64,000 bases of DNA, from the IMG/VR virus record IMGVR_UViG_3300025138_000025, positions 1 to 64,000 of that record, one strand, 5' to 3'. The DNA comes from a virus. A program made the position numbers and the translations under genes. The notes below the pieces were generated by a model, which was not told the origin of the DNA, did no database searches, and worked only from the letters and a program-made list of their open reading frames with translations. Below, piece after piece: positions 57,233-64,000 of the stretch; position 1 is the first letter of the stretch; each line of letters opens with the position of its first letter.

Positions 57233-57649
57233 ATGAGCAATTGGCATGGTGGAAAAGGTTCAAAGAGACGCAAGTCCAATGAACAAGCTTATCGAGATAA
57301 TTACGATAAGATTTTTAATAAAGGAGTAGAGATGGGAAACGAAGACGCGCAACAGTTAATGATTGCATTAGAGACATGTATATGTTATGTCGCGTATACA
57401 AGCTTAAATAGTGGTGGGCAAAAGGAAAGAGAAATGACATGTTGCCCTAGGTTTATACCTAGTGGTAATGGATTATCTTTTAATCAGAAAGCTTCACAAA
57501 TGGATAAGTGTTTAGCCTATGATATAGAGTTTCAGAGATGGGATGATATAGACTTAGAAACTATAACAGACTGGCATGTAATACAAGAAGATGACTTTGA
57601 AGAGCAGTGCAATGAACTATATGGCGACAATATGCCAGACGTAGAATGA
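57233..57649 (+). CDS. Hypothetical protein (internal start at 57332)
   Basis: ORF with an internal AAGGAG SD. Confidence 0.55.
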   Translation: MSNWHGGKGSKRRKSNEQAYRDNYDKIFNKGVEMGNEDAQQLMIALETCICYVAYTSLNSGGQKEREMTCCPRFIPSGNGLSFNQKASQMDKCLAYDIEFQRWDDIDLETITDWHVIQEDDFEEQCNELYGDNMPDVE

Positions 57650-58092
57650 GAGAGTTAGGAATGGTGGTAATGGGATGCGTATTTTTCGTAGTCTTTTTCA
57701 ATGCTGTCATATATCCTGAGATAGAGTACAAAGGTTTCTCTAATAGTAGTTCTTGTACAGGTAAATGCTATGAAGAATATGTAGCACTTAACGGCACATC
57801 AGTAGAGATTGAACAAAAGAAAAAGGCTTTAGCAGCAACAGACCCATTTAGTGATATTAGAAGTCTATGGTCGGGCTGTGTAGCTTGTCATGGAGCTAAT
57901 GGTGAAGGTGGAGTCGGGCCTATGTTGGCTGGACAAACAGCAGACTATATTAGTGGTAGACTTATATCATATAAGAATGGAGAACAAGTAGGGCCAATGA
58001 GTGCACTTATGTGGGGACAAGCAGCCAAGCTATCTCAGAAAGAAATAGATACAATAGGTGAATTTATTGTAGCAGGGCTTCCAAGTGAGTAA
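57646..58092 (+). CDS. Membrane-anchored class I cytochrome c
   Basis: N-terminal TM, CVACHG heme motif, GPMLAGQ..YI, distal Met (ALMWGQA). Confidence 0.88.
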   Translation: MRELGMVVMGCVFFVVFFNAVIYPEIEYKGFSNSSSCTGKCYEEYVALNGTSVEIEQKKKALAATDPFSDIRSLWSGCVACHGANGEGGVGPMLAGQTADYISGRLISYKNGEQVGPMSALMWGQAAKLSQKEIDTIGEFIVAGLPSE

Positions 58093-58256
58093 GTGGTGGA
58101 GAATCTGGGCAAAGAGCTTAGGAGAGAAAGTAGGTGAAACAGACAAGCAAGCCAATACTATTGCAGGAATTAGAACAGTATGGTGGTTTACCCACATGCT
58201 AACTTGTATTGCAATCATTCTTAATGCTATTGCTAACCATGGTTGGGGTCTGTTAG

Positions 58257-58763
58257 GTGTATAAAATAATAAGAAACTATCTTTCAGCAGATGAATGTGA
58301 CGATTACATAGCAATGACTAGAGTACTTGACCCCAATCCTTCACTAGAAGTTGGATTAAAGACTACTAAGAAATCACATCATCATGTAAATAGAACTTAT
58401 TGGACACTACGAAGTATGACTAAACATTTCAGGCCACTGAAAGCACAAGCAGAAAAATATTGGGACTTACCTTCTGGCTCATTAAAGTTTACACATGCCC
58501 CTAAAAACTATGCACATATTATGTGTTATGACGCACCAGGGCAAGGATTAGAGTGGCATGCAGAACCTAACATTTCTACTGTGTCTGTTTCTATAAATTT
58601 ATCAAATCCTTGGGAGTACGAAGGAGCAGACTTTGAATTAAGAAAAGCTCCTAGCTTAGAGTTATTTAGAGGGGACGCAATATTTTATTCTAGTACTATG
58701 GTACATAGAGTTGCTGACCTAGTGAGTGGCAGAAAGTTAAGTTTTGTTATGTGGTTAAAATGA
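58257..58763 (+). CDS. 2OG-Fe(II) oxygenase
   Basis: WHAE, SVSINLS..EYEG, HRV..LVSGRK. Confidence 0.8.
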   Translation: MYKIIRNYLSADECDDYIAMTRVLDPNPSLEVGLKTTKKSHHHVNRTYWTLRSMTKHFRPLKAQAEKYWDLPSGSLKFTHAPKNYAHIMCYDAPGQGLEWHAEPNISTVSVSINLSNPWEYEGADFELRKAPSLELFRGDAIFYSSTMVHRVADLVSGRKLSFVMWLK

Positions 58764-59278
58764 TTACATATACTGACTGGGTTACTCCCGAAGAAGTAAA
58801 AGAAATAGAGCAAACTGTATTAGTAAAAGAACAATATGTACTTAGTCTACCTACTCCTTGGGAGAATGGTTTTAAAGGACTGACTAATAAGTTTGCAGCG
58901 TACAATTGGTTAGATGACTTTGAGTTTTTAATACCTAAATTACAAGAAATATTAGAAACTCCTCATGTAGTACAGTGCTGGGCTAATGTGTTGAGACAAG
59001 GAGAAGGAGTACCAAAACATCATCATGCTGTAGGGAAGAACGCAAACTTTAAATGCGGAAATTTATTTATATCAGGAGAACAAAGCGTAGGAACTACATA
59101 CGATTGGATAGGTAATGTTCCTAATACTCCTGGTGAGTTACATTGGTTTGGCTGTCATTTGCTACATGAAGTGAGTCCAAATACGAGCAAAAAAGAAAGA
59201 ATTAGTTTGGCATTTGATTGCCATGCAATACAAAAAGATATGAGTGTATTCGATAGAGGAGAATATAGAACAGTATGA
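58751..59278 (+). CDS. 2OG-Fe(II) oxygenase (TIGR02466-like)
   Basis: WANV, HHH, HEV.PN...RISLAFD. Confidence 0.8.
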   Translation: MVKMITYTDWVTPEEVKEIEQTVLVKEQYVLSLPTPWENGFKGLTNKFAAYNWLDDFEFLIPKLQEILETPHVVQCWANVLRQGEGVPKHHHAVGKNANFKCGNLFISGEQSVGTTYDWIGNVPNTPGELHWFGCHLLHEVSPNTSKKERISLAFDCHAIQKDMSVFDRGEYRTV

Positions 59279-59399
59279 ATATAGATAGACACGACTTAAG
59301 AGCAGCCTTAGTCACTGCAATAATATTAATGAGTACATATTTTTGGGCTATCCATGCGGATGCTCAGGTTTGTGATTACTCAGTACATGGACATTATAT

Positions 59400-60905
59400 A
59401 TGTGCGGATTCGTAATAACACAAAATAAAAATATGGTAGTAACCATGTTAGAAAGACAAGGCTTTCGCGGACCTGACCTAATGCATTTTTGGGCAGATGA
59501 GAAAGTATCTATGGGACACGCTCTCCTAGATATTAGTGGAGAAAGACAAAAACAACCATATAAGACTAGAAAAGGAGAGATTATTGTATTCAATGGGGAG
59601 ATGTATGACACGACAAAACCTAATGATACAGCTTTTTTAGCAAATGGTTACGATATGTATGGATTAAAGTTTTTACAGTATACAAATTGGCATGGCGCAA
59701 TAGGGATATATAGTCCTAAAACTACGCAACTAACTTTGATTAGAGACCAGTTTGGAGCAAAGCCATTGTGGTTTTACAAGAAAGGCAAAGCTTTTGCTGC
59801 TTCAACAAGTCTAAGAAGTTTTATAAATAAAGAAAGAGATAAAGAAAATGATAAATCATATATATTTAATCCTCTATGGTCTGGTAATGTGACTCCTTAT
59901 AAACATATAACTAAACTTGCTCCTGGACAGTATGTAACACATAACTTTACTTCAGGAGAGACTCGTACAGCTAACCTATGGAGGGATTACCAAATAATGT
60001 CGATGAAGTTAGATAAAAAAGAATTTAGAGAGAGAACAGTAAACTCTATAAGAAATATTGCTAAAAATAAACAAAAGACAGGTATATTTCTTAGTGGTGG
60101 ATTAGATAGTACATTTGCACTATCTTGTATAAAAGATATGGGACTAGATCTAACGGCTTACATTTGTAAATATGATGACACTAGAGCCCAGTATAGTAAT
60201 CATAATGGGTTTAGAAACGAAACAGACATGGCTATCCAAACTTGTAAAGAGTGGAATGTTCCTTATAAAGTAGTAACATTACGACAAGCCGAAATGGGAC
60301 ATTTAAGTAGGATGTGGATGGCAAAAACACACTTCACTTGGGTTGATAGAAATAGACAAGCACCCCGATATAAATTATGTGAGGCTGCAAGTAAAGATGG
60401 TTGTAAGGTTATAATCACAGGAGATAGCGCAGATGAATTGTATACAGGATATATACATCACTCTAAAAGATTTGAGCCAGACTGGGATAAGGAAACCGTA
60501 AAGAGATGTAGAGAAATGAAATGGTTTCCAGACCAAGTATTTTCTAAAACAGACAGCTTTAACAATGGCTTATTCTTTGATTTATTAGCAACTTCTGAGC
60601 AAAACATATTAACCACAGACCAAACTTGTGGAATGTTTGGAATGGAATCCAGACCAGTATTTTTATCTCAAAATTATGTACAGTATATATTTAGAATTTC
60701 AGGAAAAGAAAAGTTTAAACAACATCCTAATTGGGACAAAGGAACTTATAAATATCTACTAAGAGAAGTAATGGGAGATATGTTACCAAAACATGTAAGA
60801 GAAAGAGAGAAAAAAGTAGGTTGGTCTAGTCCTTGGAATAATAATGTTGAGTTAATACAAAAAAGATGGAGAAAAGAAGACCTAGAGTTTTTAGACGCAT
60901 TATGA
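59400..60905 (+). CDS. Asparagine synthetase-like glutamine amidotransferase
   Basis: MCG N-terminus, RGPD, FNGE, RD.FG.KPL, LSGGLDS, GDSADE. Confidence 0.92.
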   Translation: MCGFVITQNKNMVVTMLERQGFRGPDLMHFWADEKVSMGHALLDISGERQKQPYKTRKGEIIVFNGEMYDTTKPNDTAFLANGYDMYGLKFLQYTNWHGAIGIYSPKTTQLTLIRDQFGAKPLWFYKKGKAFAASTSLRSFINKERDKENDKSYIFNPLWSGNVTPYKHITKLAPGQYVTHNFTSGETRTANLWRDYQIMSMKLDKKEFRERTVNSIRNIAKNKQKTGIFLSGGLDSTFALSCIKDMGLDLTAYICKYDDTRAQYSNHNGFRNETDMAIQTCKEWNVPYKVVTLRQAEMGHLSRMWMAKTHFTWVDRNRQAPRYKLCEAASKDGCKVIITGDSADELYTGYIHHSKRFEPDWDKETVKRCREMKWFPDQVFSKTDSFNNGLFFDLLATSEQNILTTDQTCGMFGMESRPVFLSQNYVQYIFRISGKEKFKQHPNWDKGTYKYLLREVMGDMLPKHVREREKKVGWSSPWNNNVELIQKRWRKEDLEFLDAL

Positions 60906-61035
60906 TACAATTACAAAAATGGATAGGACACTTAATAAACACATTCTTTGCATGGTCTTTTAAAAGAACAGCAGATAGACAAAATAGAAACCTCTATGAT
61001 AAAAGTAAAGTAAAATATACAGATGGCGATAACAC

Positions 61036-61461
61036 ATGATAGGTTTTAAAAAAGATATTGTAGGTTTTACATGTGGAGCTTTTGATTTATTACATGCAGG
61101 GCATATAGTTATGTTAAAGGAAGCTAGGGATAATTGTGATTATTTAATAGTAGGATTACAAACTGACCCAAGCATAGACAGGCAAGACAAGAATCAACCT
61201 GTGCAGTCTGTATACGAAAGGTATATACAACTTAGAGCAGTTAAGTATATTGATGAAATTATACCTTACGATACAGAACAGAGTTTACGCGATTTGATAG
61301 AAGCTACAAAAATAAATATTAGATTTGTAGGAGAAGATTATAAAAACAAAGGTTTTACAGGGGACGATTTGGCAGAAGAGATTTACTATACGAGTAGACA
61401 ACATTCTTTCTCTAGTACTACGTTAAGAAACAAGATATATGAAAGCAGTTATAAAAAATAG
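61036..61461 (+). CDS. Glycerol-3-phosphate cytidylyltransferase-like protein
   Basis: GAFDLLHAGH, LIVGL, VGEDY, SSTTLR. Confidence 0.88.
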   Translation: MIGFKKDIVGFTCGAFDLLHAGHIVMLKEARDNCDYLIVGLQTDPSIDRQDKNQPVQSVYERYIQLRAVKYIDEIIPYDTEQSLRDLIEATKINIRFVGEDYKNKGFTGDDLAEEIYYTSRQHSFSSTTLRNKIYESSYKK

Positions 61462-62719
61462 AATACAAATAATGGGTACACCTGATGTGTTCAATAAAAT
61501 AGAAAAGGAGTTGACTTATACTTTACCTCCTCGTATGCCACAAGATCCACCTATGGTGCTTAAAACAATTAGATACATAAGGAAGGGGTTAATCTCTATT
61601 CCTGTCGGAAGACTAGATTTAATACCAGATGATTACGAAGTTTTCGATAAGCGTGTTAGTGTGCCGGCTGACTTTCCTAAGTTTAAGTTTGACTTACGAC
61701 CAAGCCAAAAAGCGGTTTATGACGAAGTAGATGACTGCGCTATAATTAACGCTTGGGTAAGTTGGGGTAAGACATTTACAGGTCTTGCTATAGCAGAAAA
61801 GCTTGGGCAGAAAACACTTGTTGTTACTCATACAACTACATTAAGAGCGCAGTGGGAAAAAGAAGTAAAAAAAGTATTTGGAATTGACGCAGGAGTAATT
61901 GGTGGTGGAAAGTTTGATGTAGAGCCTCCTATAGTAATTGGGAATATACAGTCATTATACAGACGAGTAGACGACATAAAAGACATATTCGGAACAGTTA
62001 TATTAGATGAAATGCATCATGTATCAAGTCCAACCTTTACGCGTATAGTAGACGAAATGCCTGCTAGATTTAAGGTGGGACTAACAGGAACACTAGAGCG
62101 AAAAGATGGAAGACATGTAGTGTTTAGAGATTACTTTGGAAATAATGTATTTAAACCACCAAAAGAAAATTATTTGATACCTAAAATAGATATTTATAAG
62201 ACAGATATAAGATTTATAGATGGCTCGTTTACGCCTTGGGCGGAACGAATTAACGACCTTACTCACAACGAAGAATATGTCCATAGTGTGAGTATGATAG
62301 CGGCAAAGTATGCTGCAGAAGGACATAAAGTACTGGTTGTCTCTGATAGAGTACATTTTCTAAAAAGATGTGCTAATTTAGTAGGAGATAAGGCAGTATC
62401 AATAACAGGCGATATGAATTTTGAAGAAAGAGAAGAAGCTATGCAAGAAGTAAGAACAAGTAAAAATATTTTATTTGGAACACAATCTATATTTTCAGAA
62501 GGTATATCATTAAATGAATTAAGTTGTTTAGTACTAGGTACACCAGTTAATAATGAACCATTACTTACACAGCTTATAGGTAGAGTAGTCCGAAAACTAG
62601 ATGGCAAAAGACAACCAGTTATCGTAGACATAAACTTAAAAGGAAAAACAGCATCTCGTCAAGCAAACGCTAGGATGGGATATTATATTAGAGAAGGTTA
62701 TGAGGTAACCGTATTATGA
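61439..62719 (+). CDS. SF2 helicase, T5 D10/UvsW-like
   Basis: WGKT, DEMHH, LTGT, QLIGRV.R. Confidence 0.92.
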   Translation: MKAVIKNRIQIMGTPDVFNKIEKELTYTLPPRMPQDPPMVLKTIRYIRKGLISIPVGRLDLIPDDYEVFDKRVSVPADFPKFKFDLRPSQKAVYDEVDDCAIINAWVSWGKTFTGLAIAEKLGQKTLVVTHTTTLRAQWEKEVKKVFGIDAGVIGGGKFDVEPPIVIGNIQSLYRRVDDIKDIFGTVILDEMHHVSSPTFTRIVDEMPARFKVGLTGTLERKDGRHVVFRDYFGNNVFKPPKENYLIPKIDIYKTDIRFIDGSFTPWAERINDLTHNEEYVHSVSMIAAKYAAEGHKVLVVSDRVHFLKRCANLVGDKAVSITGDMNFEEREEAMQEVRTSKNILFGTQSIFSEGISLNELSCLVLGTPVNNEPLLTQLIGRVVRKLDGKRQPVIVDINLKGKTASRQANARMGYYIREGYEVTVL

Positions 62720-63621
62720 CAGAAGAAACAAAAGAAATCCAATTAAATTTGGAAGAGATGAGAAAGATGAAAATCTTTGTAGCTACTCCAATGTATGGTG
62801 GTCAATGCTATGGACTATATACTAAATCATTAATGGACACTACAAGTATGTTTATGCATTATGGAATTGAAATGCAGATTTATTATTTATTTAATGAATC
62901 GTTAGTAACTAGAGCAAGAAATTATTGTGTTGCTAACTTTTTAAAATCTGAGTCAACTCACATGTTATTTATAGATAGTGATGTTGCATGGCAAGCCAAA
63001 GACTTAATGTATATGACTCACTTAGTTGCAGAAGATCCTGAGAAATATAGAGTTATGACAGCACTATATCCTAAGAAAACTATAGCTTGGGAGAAAGTAT
63101 TAAAAGCTGCTCAGTCAGGAACATTTGACGATAATCCAGTAGCACTAGAAAAAGTAGCGGGAGACATGGTTTTTAATCCAGACCATGGAGCATACCCAGA
63201 TGGTAGAGCACCTATATATGAGCCAGTAAAAGTTAAAGAAGCAGGTACTGGATTTATGATGATACATAGAAGTGTATTTGAAGAATATGCAGAAGCACAT
63301 CCCGAGTTAGAGTATACTCCTGACCATTTAAGAGAAGGAGAGTTTAAACTAGGAGAAAAAATTCATGCTTATTTTGACTGTATAATCAATGAAGAAAACA
63401 GATATCTAAGTGAAGATTACATGTTTTGTGAAAATCTGAGAAAGCAGAATATAGATATATGGACATTGCCAATGGTTGAACTTATGCATTGTGGTAGTTA
63501 CATCTACCAAGGCAAACTAGTAGATATGGCATTGAATGACGTTCATGCAACAATGTCTCCAGAAGATATTGGAAAAATTCGATCTAGTCGTCCGTATGAA
63601 GATGACAAAAATAGTTCTTGA
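62716..63621 (+). CDS. Glycosyltransferase-like protein (GT-A)
   Basis: ATPMYGG, NESLVTRARN, LFIDSD, GTGFM, YLSEDY.FC. Confidence 0.8.
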   Translation: MTEETKEIQLNLEEMRKMKIFVATPMYGGQCYGLYTKSLMDTTSMFMHYGIEMQIYYLFNESLVTRARNYCVANFLKSESTHMLFIDSDVAWQAKDLMYMTHLVAEDPEKYRVMTALYPKKTIAWEKVLKAAQSGTFDDNPVALEKVAGDMVFNPDHGAYPDGRAPIYEPVKVKEAGTGFMMIHRSVFEEYAEAHPELEYTPDHLREGEFKLGEKIHAYFDCIINEENRYLSEDYMFCENLRKQNIDIWTLPMVELMHCGSYIYQGKLVDMALNDVHATMSPEDIGKIRSSRPYEDDKNSS

Positions 63622-63646
63622 CAACATCTATAAAATTTGATATAAT

Positions 63647-64000
63647 ATGTTATTATTTAATTGGAATGAGATTTTAAAAGTAAGCAAAGGAAATGTAATG
63701 GACACCATAACAATCCTACGAATTATTACTTTCAAACTTACACCCAAAAATTACAACGACCGAGTGTTTAAATTTTATGAACACTACTATGGCGGTCAGT
63801 CGTTTCTCTTGAATCCTGAGAAATTGATGAACGCCGGTCGCAGCTACTCAGACAAAGAAGTAGTGGAATATGCAGGAGTCGCATCGTTCCGCAATTACTT
63901 TGAGTATCAGCAAACCAAAGACTCCACACTTGACCTTCTGATGTTACCAATATCAGAAGATATTATTACTAAAAACAGACTGCTTGACATAAAAAACGGC
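63647..64000 (+). CDS. Conserved T5-like hypothetical protein, partial
   Basis: MLLFNW..SFLLN..EYAGVASFRNY..; open to the window end; promoter at 63618-63646 abuts the start. Confidence 0.65.
   Translation, partial: MLLFNWNEILKVSKGNVMDTITILRIITFKLTPKNYNDRVFKFYEHYYGGQSFLLNPEKLMNAGRSYSDKEVVEYAGVASFRNYFEYQQTKDSTLDLLMLPISEDIITKNRLLDIKNG

Noticed and set aside
1100-63950. Numerous antisense or shadow ORFs in the track (e.g. 1100-1396, 2748-3110, 7374-7787, 9277-10176, 62263-62631, 63768-63950)
   Set aside because: They are opposite-strand shadows of well-supported genes

Overview
The window is 64 kb of an AT-rich T5-like (Demerecviridae-type) dsDNA phage genome, probably marine and infecting a gammaproteobacterium (host is inference). 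Left part (1-17.4 kb, minus strand): late head and packaging genes, namely a protease-major capsid fusion, portal, HNH nickase, terL and a T5-type terS. TerS is separated from terL by about 11.5 kb of accessory genes: iscU, iscA, an outer-membrane porin, a curli-like csgF/csgG/curlin operon coupled to a FecR-domain protein and a CHASE2 adenylate cyclase, and a cluster of small Lys-rich proteins. Middle part (17.4-24 kb): a probable pre-early/terminal-repeat region with an injection-stop-signal-like block of repeats, palindromes and promoters. It is followed by a non-coding RNA island whose largest unit is a ~1.1 kb ORF-free, highly structured transcript with its own promoter and terminator (best novelty candidate). 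Right part (24-64 kb, mostly plus strand): early and replication genes (bS21, Hsp20, lysis cassette, D2, D3, D5, split NAD-ligase, helicase, primase, PolA, D10 helicase). These are interleaved with modification enzymes (2OG-Fe(II) oxygenases, paired QueC-like and ElaA-like proteins, radical SAM, carbamoyltransferase, asparagine synthetase, sulfo- and glycosyltransferases), a cytochrome c and a Z1-like helicase-fold protein. All calls are from motif reading by eye; no database searches were run.
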